Source: Cyanophora paradoxa CCMP329 (taxonomy: Eukaryota; Plantae; Glaucophyta). From it: a DNA stretch of 64,000 bases. This document shows, in pieces, positions 1 through 12,200 of this stretch. Position numbers and translations under genes: made by a program. The stretch covers positions 248,001-312,000 of the forward strand of contig QPMI01000010.1 in the NCBI GenBank assembly GCA_004431415.1, given 5' to 3'. Within the stretch, counting starts at the first letter, position 1. Each line of letters starts with the position of its first letter. The notes beneath the pieces are model-generated. The model was not told where the DNA came from, made no database searches, and saw only the letters and a program-made list of their open reading frames with translations.

Positions 1-2628
1 AAAGGCGCCGATGATGGCGCCGAGCTTTCCCATGGCCGCTGCGCGTGACACGAGAGATATACCGATCAGCTTGGATATAGATGAGGATGCATGTGCTGAC
101 GGACCGGAGATGCCGTGAGCCGTCGAGCGCCACCGTGACGGGAAGATTTCGGCGGGCACAACAAACGTGGTCTTTGGACAAGTCATGATCAGACGTAAGA
201 CGCAGGGAGGCTGCAGGACGGTGCTCGGGCGCACCGAATTGGGACCCCAGTTCGCGAAGAAGAACGTCAGCGCGTAGAGCTGCGCCCAGATTCAATTAAT
301 ATAAAGCGAACGCGGAGGCTCATAAATATTCGAGTTCAGAGCGAATTAACATACCACAATGAAGCCGCTCGGGTTTCCGCTATACGACTGAGGCAGGCAC
401 GGTTATTTCATGGAACGTTCACGCCGATACAGAATTGAACTCGACTCAGATCGAGCGAATTATTGGCGTACCACATATTGGCGCCAGTCGGCGCACGACT
501 TTACGTTGGCGGCGGTGAAGAGATTGCCGGCCGCGTCCTTGCCCAGCTCGTAGTCCGCCGCCTCGATCTTGGAGAAGAAGTGGTCCATCCTGGCCGGGTT
601 GACGGAGTACTTGCCGGCCGCGTCGACGAGGTAGGCGGCCGACGTGTCGGTCGGGCCGGTCGGGAGGGCGCCGGCGATCTTGGGAATGACGACGGGCAGG
701 CCGGCGGCGAAGCAGGAGCGGGCGACGAGGTCGAAGCGGTCCGTCGGAGTCTCGACGAAGCTGTTGTAGGCGCCGGCGATGACGGCCATGAACAGGGTCA
801 TGAAGAAGAAGCCAAACATCTGCGTCGAGTTTCAGCGAGTTTTAAACGAGAAGAGCACATATCGATCATGAATCGAACAAACCTGGATCCTGCGGAGTAG
901 GGTAGGAGATGAGAATTCGGAATCAGCCGCAGGGCCTAAAATGAGAATGCGCTTTCGCTCACCACCAGCGGCCGATCTTCTCAATGGTGAAGACGGTGAA
1001 CCAGTAGCCGGGGATGGTGGAGCCGAGTGCGATGATCGCCTGCGCGCGCGCGTTGTACCACGACGACTCCAGCGGGGTCCACCACGTCTTGGCGCCGCCA
1101 CCGACCGCCGGATCCGTGCTGCCGGCCGCGGGCGCCGTTAGTGAGGATCGAGAACCTTCAGCAGCGAAGAAAGCTTCAGAGGATCCAAGAGTACCTGTAC
1201 GCGAGGTTCGAGGGCGGCTCGCCCCACGCTGCCTTGTTCCAGTACGGCGGGATGGCGGCCGTGCGGGTCGGGTAGTACATGTCCCATCGCGGGTTCGAGT
1301 ACACGAAGTGGTTCTTTCCGTCCGCCTTGGGATCTTCGGACGGGAAGCCCAAGCCTGGGGTCCCGGAGCTGAACGGGTTTGTGCTGTAGCCCAGCCACAT
1401 CTTGCGCGGTAAAAGTTGATCGATCAGAATCGAATCGAAATCGAAGTGATTAATATGAATGATTAATATATTAGCAAAGCACACCTTCTGCTGGGCCTGG
1501 GCGCCCTGGACGAGGTACTTGGAGGGGACCCAGTCGACGGTGCGGAAGACGTCGGACTGGAAGAGGCCCTGCGAGTAGAAGGCGACGTCGAGGAGGAACC
1601 AGGTCATCGTCGTCCCCACCAGGTGCTTCCAGTGGCCCTGCGAGTCGCGACCGCGACGCGCGCGTGAGCTCCAATTTCGACCATTTCGTACATGTTCGTA
1701 CCTTGATGAAGTGCTTGAAGGTGTCGACCTTGTCCTGCACCGCGACGTTGCGTACGAAGGTCTCCGAGGCGTGCAGGCGGCGGTGCAGCACGTTCTGAGC
1801 TTTGCATGTGAGCGAAGGAGATTAAAGGTCAGCGAGCATGATTTATAAGCGTCGGTTTCACCTCCATGTCCTTCACGGCGGTCGTCGTGTCTTTCTGCGG
1901 AGCGTACGAGGATTACGCATTGTTTACTTTGTATTTTGAAAAAGTCATCGCTTATAAATAATTTGCCATCGATATCGGTATCGGGCAATCGAATTCGGGC
2001 GCACGGCGACAAGCATAGTGAAGCGGGCCGTCTCGGGCATCTTGTTGCGAGAGTACACTGGTTCGCGAATACCATCAATGCCAGCAGGAGAAAGTGGTGG
2101 TCTTAATAAAAGGCTTAAGACTTACGGGTCAACGCAGTAGGCACGCAGGCGAAGGCCAACACTTTTCGGAGGAGGCGTTTTCAAGTCAGCGTTTTAGAAA
2201 CAATTTAATTTCAGTTTGTCATAGATCAAACGTTCAAGCCGACCAATGCGCCACACGAAGTCGGCGTTCTCCGGCGTCTGCGCGCTGCGCATGCGCGGTA
2301 TGCGGTGAGTTCGAGGGCGTTTGCTTTCGCATGAGCCGCCGCTGGTCACGGCACGCACTAGAATCGGATGAAGATGGCGTTCACAATAAGCGCCACGGTC
2401 GCCGCGACGAGGTACCCGACGCCTGCGCGGCGAGTCAACGATCATGATCAGATCAATATAAGACCGGGGGCGCGCGCGCCCTGCATGGCGAAGACGGCCG
2501 CGACGAAGGCGCCGCGGGACGACTTGGAAGAGTACTCGGACATGATGGTCGCGCTGAGCGGATAGTCTCCGCCCACGCCGAAGCCAAGGAAGAAGCGGAA
2601 GACGCAGAGCGAGGCCATGACGGCGTGG
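1..2628 (-). pseudogene. PHT1/PHO84-family H+:phosphate symporter (MFS), multi-exon; 5' part (TM1-3) not found, 3' end runs off the window
   Basis: Spliced exons give [141 protein letters not shown] and [13 protein letters not shown], all hallmark PHT1/Pho84 motifs. Upstream of 2628 the frame hits a TAA inside MITE-like DNA. The family call is firm; pseudogene status is inferred. Confidence 0.8.
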
Positions 2629-2798
2629 CACCAAATTACCGCGTTTTAAAAAACTTGAGGCTTGTATGGGGCGGTAATTGTAGGGGGTACTATATGGGGC
2701 AACATCTCAGGAGAGAATTACCGCGGTACCAAATTACCGCGTTTTAACAAATTCTCAGCGCGGTAATTTGGCACCGCGGTAATTAAGTAGGCGCGGTA
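2627..2798. mobile_element. Truncated MITE remnant related to the TACCGTG-TIR family at 44651/46041
   Basis: Internal repeats CCAAATTACCGCG/CGCGGTAATT in both orientations. The right end, reverse-complemented, reads TACCGCGCCTACTTAATTACCGCG, similar to TACCGTGTAATACTTAATTACCGCG at 44651. Confidence 0.6.
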
Positions 2799-3133
2799 TA
2801 ATAGTGCCACACGGTACTACCCTCGGTTGTAGTCTACTATACGTATTCGCGTGCCGGGCCATGCCCAGTGCCCACTGCCCACTGCCCACTGCCGGCAACC
2901 GCGCGCCCCTTCGCATCGGTAAGCGGCGTGACCCTTCCGAACGTCCGACGGACCGGCGAGTCGGCGGCGACGGTCGGCGGTCGCGTCACTAACTTGGCGT
3001 CACAATTTCGGGACTCACAAAATCTCACAATGGCTGTGTCACCGATTTCGAAAAAACGTACAAAATCACGGCGAACACCGTGACGTCGACCGTCGACGTC
3101 CAGAAGCGATAAAACGGTTTTGGTACCACAGTA

Positions 3134-3238
3134 CCAGGGTAAGTCGGCCGCATCTTCGAGATGTGTGGTAAGTCGGCCGCATCTTTGAGACATCTTAGAA
3201 TTAAAGATGCGGCCAACTCATGCACCCGCGTACCCTGG
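3134..3238. mobile_element. Small (~105 bp) inverted-repeat element
   Basis: Ends CCAGGGTA...TACCCTGG. Internal GGCCGCATCTT (twice, direct) pairs with inverted AAGATGCGGCC. Confidence 0.5.
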
Positions 3239-3287
3239 AATCTTCAAAAATAGAATTCACCTAGACATCTATATACATCATACCGCC

Positions 3288-3330
3288 TACATACGGGGGC
3301 CCCACTAGCTGTAGTCTCTCAAAAAAACAA
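3288..3330. mobile_element. Conserved element terminus TACGGGGG-N-GTAGTCTCTCAAAAAAACA (copy 1)
   Basis: The same motif recurs at 46765-46808. Both copies lie in TE-rich intergenic DNA. Confidence 0.5.
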
Positions 3331-3899
3331 CTATAAATTACTCCGGTGTGAATTAACGGGGTGTCACAGTGTCAAACCTGGCCCAGTGGGCCTACGCCGC
3401 GGGCCTACGGTAGTATTTACCACATCTATCGATCTGAGTGTATATATAAACACTGTAAGAGTCGCATCAACTATATTGTTAAATCGCCGTAGACTCGAGA
3501 TCTAGATTTGATTTTTTTGACAGTGGAATATTTTACTACTTAACGTTAACGCTCGTATACGAATGATCATGAAGGTCGCCGAGTCGTGCAAAGGCGTGCA
3601 CGTGCATGCACACATGCCGCCCGTTAATTAATGACAAAGAGGTGCCTGAGAAAGCTCTACAGACCCAGAGCGACCGCTATCATCGCGAACACCAGGCTGT
3701 GCAGAGCACGCACTCCGTAAATACCTCACTGATCAGGCCTGTTCCCCGCGTGCCGTATACTACTAATTCCGGACGCGACATCAAGCCAAAAATAATAATC
3801 ATGAGCAAATTTGGGGAGCTTGCAATTGCAGATCTAAATCTAGAGGGCCGCTGAGCATGATCATGAGCTGTGTGTTGAATTCGAAGCGAAAAACGATGA

Positions 3900-4638
3900 C
3901 AAACTAGAATTAAGCCGAAGTTACTGCGGTTCCGTGCGCGTTGCCTGATCATGACACGCTGCCTGCTCATATGCAGAAGTTAGTACAGTGTGCGCGAACA
4001 CTGTGACATGCATAGCAAGAGGGACCGGCGTTAAAATTAAATTTGCCGCGACGGCGACCATATGCTTGATCATGAACCTCGGAATTTGAGGCGATTAAAT
4101 TTCAATCCGAAGCTCACCATTTCGGGAAAAGCAATGTCAGGGGTTGTATGTGAACAGGGGCATCGATGCCGTTCGAAATCATTGTGGAAGGTGGACCACG
4201 CCTGGGTCCAAGCCGGGCATGCGCAGCGCACCCCCTGTACGAACATAAATCTCCACGTGATCATGAGGATGCAGCACACATGATCGTACACGTGTACGTA
4301 TACGTATACGTTTATGGGGTCTTATTCATATATACAATTAAACGCACCGATTCCTTGATCATACTCTCAAGAAGCAGAAGCTTTTCTTTTGTCTGAGCGC
4401 CCATGGAAGTTAACGTTATGATAGCGATCACGGTCAGGTTCGCGAGCGGGCGAGCTCGAGGGGAGCGCGTCGGGCGGACCAGCTCGCGCAAAACTTGGTG
4501 TCGGCCAACGTTGACATAGGTTGTCCGGGCGCCGGCGTCTGTGCTGTCTTTGCAGGTACCGGTGGGACTCACAATTGCAATCGATATCGACGTCGGCGGC
4601 ACTGTGGCCGTTAACGTTGGGACCATATGCATGGCCAT
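3900..4638 (-). CDS. Possible small spliced hypothetical protein
   Basis: Plausible GT-AG joins give MHMVPTLTATVPP...HQVLREL|TKEKLLLLESMIKES|GVRCACPAWTQAWSTFHNDFERHRCPCSHTTPDIAFPEM. No recognisable domain, and both ends are uncertain. Confidence 0.3.
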
Positions 4639-5269
4639 GCGTGTACGTATACGTACACGTAATATACGGTATACTCGAACGGAATATGCAGCGAGCTCGA
4701 GCTCGATGATCTTTGCAGGAGCGCGATGCTGCGCAGTCACACACACTGAGTTCTAGCTATAGTCGACGTCTGCCTGATGAGCGGCTATTTCGAACTCGGA
4801 ATCCCGAAGCTCGCTTCGAATTCCGAAGCAGCCGCGGCGTGAATAGCACTGCGGCACTGTATACGTAGACACCGCTTTCCAAGTTTCCGACGACGGACTT
4901 CCTTGATCCCGGCCCGGACCGACGTGCGCCCGGCGCCCGCCGCGCGCGCCGTCCGGCCGGCCGCGGCGCGGCGGCGCGCGGTGGCGCCGGGGCGGCCCGG
5001 CGCGGCGGCGCCGGCGGCCGCGGAGCCCCGGTGCGCCCGCGGCCGGCGCCCCCTGGAGCAGGGAAGCGGCGCGAACTTACTCATATGCATCAGTTACGAA
5101 TTCGAACTTCGAAGTCGTCATCGATCGATTTCGACCATGAATCCGTGATCGACAATCATTGAAAAAATCGAATACTAGTAGTACAGTACTAGTACTTCGC
5201 TCGGGTCGCGATCGACGCGACGTCGACGGCGGCCGCGGGCGGCGACGTCGACGACGTCGACGAGTACTA

Positions 5270-5651
5270 CGGGGCCGTATTTCGCTGTCGGGGATTTGTA
5301 TGGGAGCCGCGCTACGTAAGGACTACGTAGTTAAAACACGATGGTGATGTCACGTTTTGCATGATGTCAGGTTAATTTCGAAGTAATTTCGAGTCTCGAC
5401 GTTACGACGACGTAGCTTACGCGGGCGCTAATTCTTTACGATTAGCGCCCGTCATCGTAAGCTACGTTCTTAGGATTTCTAGTGAAACAGCCTCAATGGG
5501 ATGCCAGTAGCGGACGGGTACGCGAAGTACCAAGACACTACGAGCTCGGAGCAAGCGGCACCGAGGCGGCACTTACATCATCATGGCATCACACTTTTTT
5601 CCCCGCAGTTAATTTTCACTACGTAGTGGGCGACAGCGAAATACGGCCCCG
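5270..5651. mobile_element. ~380 bp MITE, PIF/Harbinger(Tourist)-like TIRs
   Basis: Perfect 21-bp TIR CGGGGCCGTATTTCGCTGTCG (5270-5290) / CGACAGCGAAATACGGCCCCG (5631-5651), with further nested inverted repeats and a central hairpin at 5410-5467. No clear TSD. The superfamily is inferred from the GGGGCC terminus. Confidence 0.75.
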
Positions 5652-5973
5652 GCGGTTCGGCGTATACGTATACGTAGTAGGTGACTGTACATGTAGGTCA
5701 GCGCGCGCGCGCAGCTAGCTGCTGCATGCATGCCAGAGCCGCTGCGTAGCTCCGCTGAGCGCGCGGCTGCTGCATCGATATCAATATTAATCTGGACGCC
5801 AGCACGCGTACTACGGTACGTATATACGAAGCTCGTTGAACGGTTCAGAGCCCCCCCCCCCCAACGCGACGGGGATACACGCAGTTTCGTGCGCATCGCC
5901 AATTGCAAGCACACCGGCTGCAGGCAACGCACATCGGCAGAAGGCGAGCGGTGTGTGGTCTCCGGTTCACTCC

Positions 5974-8624
5974 ATGGCTTCCGGATCCGGCGAGCGCGCG
6001 GCGGCGCCGGCGTACATCGATGGCCAGCAGCAGGCGACGCTCGAGCATCTCAAGCGCCTCGTCTCCTTCAAATCGATCAGCAGCGATGAGAGCTGCCGCA
6101 AGGAGACCCTCGCGTGCGCCCGCGAGGTCATGAAGCTCTGCACGTCTGTCGGTGTGCACGCGGCTCTCTGCACACGACTGCCGCAAGATGCGGCCGCTTA
6201 GCTGCGCGCCGCAGGTCTGGAGAACGCGCGGCTCCTGACGCTGCCGGATGCCCCCACGGCGCTCCCTTGCGTGTACGCCGAGCACCTCCACGCGCCGGGC
6301 AAGCCGACCATCCTACTCTATGCACACTTTGATGTGCAGCCCATCGGCGACGCAACGAAATGCGCGCGTGCCGCCCGGCCCGGCCCGCGCTGCGCGGGGC
6401 CGGGCTCGCCTGACGTCGACGGGGCGCGGCCGCGCAGGGCACACCCCGCCGTTCGAGTGCGTCCTGAAGGAGGTTCCAGCGCAGGGCGGCCTCAGAATGT
6501 ACGCTCGCGGAGCGGCCGGTGCGCTCTGCTCCGCCCGCGCGCCGCGCCCCGCCCCGCGCTCGCCCGCCGCCTCTCACGTGCCTGGACTTCAACTCGACTG
6601 GACTCGAAATAGACGACAAGGCCGGCGTGATGGTGCGTACCCCCCGCCGCCGCTGCCTCAGCTCTTCTCCCCCGCCGCCCCCGCCCGCGCTTAGCTGTGC
6701 GCTTCGTTCGCAGGCCGCCCTTTCGGCCATCGACGCCCTCCTCAAGACGGGTACACTCGCGGTCAACGTGAAGGTGCCCCACTCTCCGCCAGCCGCCCCG
6801 CCGCCCCGAAAAGGCGCCCACGCGGAATCGAACCAGGTGCTCTTCGAGGGGGAGGAGGAGATCGGCAGTATCCACCTCGAGCGCTACCTCGAGGCGTGCG
6901 TAGCCCCCCTGCGAGGCGCATCCTCCGTACCCCCGGGCCCCGGGCCCACGTATCCCCCAGGAACCTCGCCCTCCTCAAGAGCGACGCGATCGTTCTCGCG
7001 GACACGGGCAACTTCGACTGCGGCGTACCCTCCATCACGCGCGCCCGCCCCCGTACCCCGACCCCCGCAGCCGCCGGTCTGAACCCTGGGGGTACCAGGT
7101 ACTCGCTCCGGGGTATCGTTGATTTCGAGGTGGAGGTCCGGGTACTCAAGCAGACGCTCCACTCCGGGCTCTACGGAGGTCCGCGGGTTCAAGAGTCCGG
7201 GGTACGCCGCTTCTGACGGGTAGGGGGGTACGCAGGCCCCGTGATGGACGCGCTGACGGCGCTCTGCCGGATGCTCGCGACGCTCCACGACGAGCACGGG
7301 GCCCCCGCCGTACCCGGCATTCTCGACGGCGTGCGCCCCCCCCACCCGTTCCGAGCCGTTCATGTACCCCATCGCCGATTCCTCCCCCCCTCCCCTAAAA
7401 ACAGGTCCGGAAGCCCCTCCCGAAGGAGGAGGAGAGCCTTCGCGCCCTGCAGGTCCGCGCCGCGCGTACCCCCCTGCGCCCCATCCCCCCCGCAGCCTTG
7501 ACACCGTACCCCCCTTTACAGGCAGCCCTCCCCGACGAGACCTTCCGCGCCCAGGCGGGGGTACGCGCCCCTTTCGCCGGAAAACTGCGTATCCCGCCCT
7601 CAGGGCCGCGCAGATGGTGGACGGCGCAAAGCTGTGCGGTACCCCCGGCGTTTCGGCGCTACGGAAGGTCTGGCAGCTGCCGGCCATAAACGTCATCGGT
7701 ATGGACGCCTGCAGGTCCGCTCCTGCGTACCCCCCCGGGCTCCCGCTCCCCTGGCCCAGCCATCCGATCCGGTCTCAATCCTTGTTCCTGCTAGCATCGC
7801 CGAGTCGTCCAACCGGATCCTGCCTGTCGCCCGTGCCAAGATTTCCATCCGGTACCCCTTCCTTTTCCGCGGACACCCCCCGTCCCCGGTTCGAATCCGC
7901 GCAGGATCGTTCCCGACCAGAACCCCGATCACATCGCCGAGGTAGCCCCCGCGAACAGCACCTGTAACCCCCCGCCGAATCACCTACCCCTCCCCTCCAG
8001 GTCGTCAAGAAGCACCTGAAGGCCGTCGCGCCCCACGGCGTCCAGGTGGCCCTGTACCCGCCCCCCCGCGCGTTCCCTGCCTGCACTGTACCCCGTCCAA
8101 CCCGCTTCCCCCTCGCAGGTTTCGTTCCACGGCGGGGACGGCCTCAAGCCCTGGGTACGCGAAATCGATCGATATCGCGGTCCTCGATCCCTTCCGAGGG
8201 GTACGGGGGCGCCCAGGTCTGCGTCCCGGAGGGTAAGGCCTTCGGAGCGATGGAGGAGGCGATGCGGGCGGGGTACGGGAAGGAGGCCCGCTACTGCGGC
8301 TCCGGCGGCTCCATCGGTACCCCCCTTTCTTCCCCCGCTCCGGCCCGTCCCGTACCCCGACCTCCCGCCGACGCCCTGTACCCCCCCGCAAGGCTTCGTG
8401 GAGCCGTTCGTGAAGGCGTTCGGGGGTATACCCGCGATCCTGGTCGGCATCGAGGACCCCTACACGCAGGTCGGTTACCCCTCCGATCCTCATGATCGTG
8501 TACCCCTCCGTCGACACCGTACCCCCCGCAGGCGCACGGGGAGAACGAGTCGCTTCTCGTACCCGAGCTCTTCCGGACCTCTCGTACCCTGGCCCACTTC
8601 CTCTCGAACCCGGCCTGCGTCTAG
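5974..8624 (+). CDS. M20/M25/M40 family metallopeptidase (dipeptidase, Dug1/CNDP2/DapE-like), ~17 introns
   Basis: Spliced protein contains [84 protein letters not shown] and AHGENESL, the complete M20 metal-binding motif set. It ends in TAG at 8622-8624. Confidence 0.92.
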
Positions 8625-9247
8625 GCTGGGCGCCAGCTGCCGCAGTGCAGGCGCGGTTCGGTCCGACGGTCCCGAGGGCCAGCTGCAGGGCGCGGCTTTC
8701 CGAAGTTCGAATTCCGATGCGCGCCCCGCCCCTTCAGGCCTGGGGGGGGCCGGACCTATCCGTCTTTAATGAATACTAGTATTATAGCTAGCTTCGGAAC
8801 TTCAAACCGCACTTGAGAGTCGCTTCGCTCGGGTTGCCGATCCCCACCTTCCGAAGTTCGCCCGCGCACCGGAGCCGAAGCCGCTGCCGGCTGTCAAAGT
8901 TGCTGTTGGCAAACCGCGGCCGGCGCGGGCGCCGGCGCGCCGGCCGGCGCCGCGTGAACCAACCCTGTGGGGGGGTACATGTACGTGGACCAGGTTGTCA
9001 GGCACCGGCCAGCTCGCCATAACAGCACAGCAACAATCAGCACCAGCGCTAGCGACGGGCTGCGACCGGACAAACTCGACTCGCTGGCGACCGCAGCCCG
9101 AAAGGCGCCCCGTCGCATTCGCAGTCGTGCATAACTCATCCGCATGCACGATGAGCAGATGAGCTCTTGATCGGTGAGGAAGACCAGCTGCAACCGGAGG
9201 AAGCCGATCGCGAGCGCGCATTCGAGTTCGCCGCAATTGCAATTGCA

Positions 9248-12200
9248 ATGTCGGGACGACCGAGCCAGCGCAAGCCCGGGGAGCCTGTCAAGGTGCTTGC
9301 GCACGTCCCGCGCTCGCTGCAATGCCGCGGCCGGCGCCGTATACGTAGCTAACACTTCCGCGACCCGCGCCCGTCGACGTCGCCGGCGGGCCGGGCACAG
9401 GTTTCTTCGAAACCTCGAGCCCCCGCCCCCGCCCGCGCTGCGGCTGGCGCTGGAGCGGCTCCGAAGCCTGCGCCGAAAGCGACGCCCGCGCCGGCCTCTT
9501 CGAGCGCTGCTCGAAAACCTTCCGCTGCCGACCCTCCGCGCGCGGCGCCAGCACCGGCTGCAGGCCGCATGCCAGCGCCTGCAGCTGCTCCATCGCCTCC
9601 AGCTGCAGCGGCCGCGGCCGCTTCGCACGCGGCGCCAACTGCAATTGCAATCCCCGCGCGTCAGCCGCAGCCGCCTGTGGAGGCCAAGGACTACTCGCTG
9701 CCGCCGTCGCGGGAGGAGGCCGAGGCGGCGCTGCGGGCGGCCCTCGCGGCGGAGCTCGCGGAGGCTCGGCAGCGCGAGGAGCGGGCGGACCCCTTCGCGT
9801 GGCTCGACGTCAGAGTCTTTGTCTCGTCTACCTTTAAGGCACGCGCGCTTTTCTATAAGATTGTCTAAAAATTGAGGCATGTCTATAAGATTGTCTAAGA
9901 TTGTCTAAGATTGTCTATAAGATTGTCTTGTCTCGTCGACCTTCAAGGCGCGCGCGCGCGCGCCGGCCGTATACGCAGCAGCACCGGCGCTCCCGCTGAC
10001 CTTGCGAGTTAACCAGGACATGCACGGCGAGCGCGACTGCCTCAACAAGGCGCGCCGGCGGTCGGTCCGCGCCGGGGCGGAGCCTTCGCTGACCTCGCGC
10101 CCCGGGCCCAGGTCGTCTTCCCTCGCCTCAACCAGGAGGTGGGCAGGGCGCGGCGGACGCGCTTCACCTGCGTCGACCTGCGCTGGGGCCTCACGGTAGA
10201 GGAGACCTCCGCCTACGGCCGCGGCGCCGTCCTCTGCTGCCTCGTCCGCCCCTCCCTTGCGCGCGCCTCCGATAGATACCGTACCCCTGCCCTCGGCTGC
10301 TAAAAATAGCCCGCAGGACGAAATCCGGCGATGCCGCCCCTGGTTCCTGTGCCTGCTGGGCGCCCGCTACGGCTGGGTAGCCCTCCCCCCGCCCCCGCCC
10401 CGCCCCTTCGCCCCCCCCCCCCCCCCCCCCCGCTTCCTTCGAGTCCTCTCCCACCACCCGCCGAAGCCCGCCCGCAGGTTCCCGAGCGGACTTACCTGCC
10501 GGGCTTTATGAGCGACGACGATCTCGAGCGGTCCGCTACCCCCCCCCCCCCCCCCCCCCCCTCCCGCCTCTCTCGCTTGGTTCCTTGCATGCGAAGCTGA
10601 TCATGAGCACCTGACAGCTACGCGTGGCTGCGGAAGTGGCCGCTGGGGGACAGCGTGACCGAGCTCGAGGTGTGGGCGGGGCTCCTCGGCGCACCCGTCG
10701 GGGGCGGACCCGCCCCACGTGCCTTTGCCTTCCTTCGGGACCCCTCCTTCGCCTCGAAGGTGCCGAATTCCGCTCGAATTTCGCTCGAATTCTGCCCGCC
10801 CCTGAGCTCCGGCCGCGGCGCGCGCACTGCGGCAGATCGTCGACGAGGCGGGCAAGGCGGTCTTTGCTGCCGACCGCCCCGAGCGGCAGGACGCACTGCG
10901 GGCTCGCGTCTCGTCCCACCCGCTCTGCAAGGCACGTCGCGCTCTTCGGTTTGCTGCGCGGTCTGTTCTTACCCCTGACCGCGCCGCAGGCGGCGACGTA
11001 CCGGTGCGGGTACGCGCCGGGCGGGGCGCACGGGCCCCCGGCGGCGTCGGGGCTCGAGGACTTCGGCGCAGCGGTCTTTGAGGCCCTGCGCGCCGCCGCC
11101 GAAGCCGCCCGCCCCGTACGGCCCTCCTTCGTCTCCTGCTGGCGTTCTCTGCGGCTCATGATCACCGCCCTGCAGCTGGGCTCGGGAAACGCGGGGGGCG
11201 ACCCCTTCTCAGGGGAGCGGGAGGCTCAGCGGCTGCTGGTCGAGCGCCTCGCGGGCCGCTGCGTGGGGCGGGAGGCCCTCGCCGCAGCCATCGCCGACTT
11301 CGCGTGCGGCCGGCCCGCGAAGGGCGACCTCATCAAGCCACCGCCGGCCCCTGCCAAGCCGGCCGCGGCCGCCGCCGGCGCGAAGAAGAAGGGCGGGGCG
11401 GCCGCCCCGCCGGCCCCAGCCACGTCCAACGTCCTCGTCGTGACCGGCCGTGCGCCCCGCCTCCTCTCCTTCGCCTCAGCCTCAGCCTTCGCCTTCGCCG
11501 CCCCCGGCCCCGAGCGAGCCGCGCAGGGCCGGGGAGCGGGAAGACGTCAGTCATGGCGCAGGCGGCCCTGCGCGCCGCGGCCGAGCGGAAGAACGTCGTC
11601 GTGCACTTCGTGGCGGGCACGGAGCACCCCTCGGGCTGGCGCTCCATCGAGCGGCGCCTGCGGGCCGAGGTCAAGGCGGCGGGGGCGCAGGACCTGCAGC
11701 GGAAGCAGGACGAGATCGAGGACCCGCCCATCGCCAAGCTCGCGGCGACCGTCCCTGGCGGCATCGCCGTCATCATCGACGGTGCGCTCGAACCGTCCCG
11801 CGGGCGTTGTTGAATTCGAAGGGGCTCTGGCCGAGGCCCCGCTGCAGCGGTGAACCAGATCAAAGGGGGCGGGTACGAGTCGGCCCTGGGAGTGTTCAAG
11901 GGGGATTGCCGCCTCGTCCTCTCGACCGTCGAGGGCAGCGGCGAGAAGCTCGCGCGCGCTTTCGGCGCCCACAGGCTGCCGGCGCGCCCGGCCCTGGCTC
12001 CGGACTAGTACTACTCCTGTCCGCGTCTCGTGATCCCGGCTCCGGCTCTGGCAGGTCCCGGGGCTGGATGCGACGCTCGCAGGGGAGATCGTGCGGCGGT
12101 CGCTGGCGGACGGCGGCAAGCGCCTGACGGAGGGCCAGGCCGCCGCCCTCCTCAAGAAGCAGGACGCGACCGCGCCCCTGTACCTCCGCCTCGCCGTCGA

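Noticed and set aside
7885-7900. tRNA T-loop motif GGTTCGAATCC (also on the minus strand near 17155)
   Set aside because: No acceptor, D or anticodon stems around it; both lie in introns or at splice donors.
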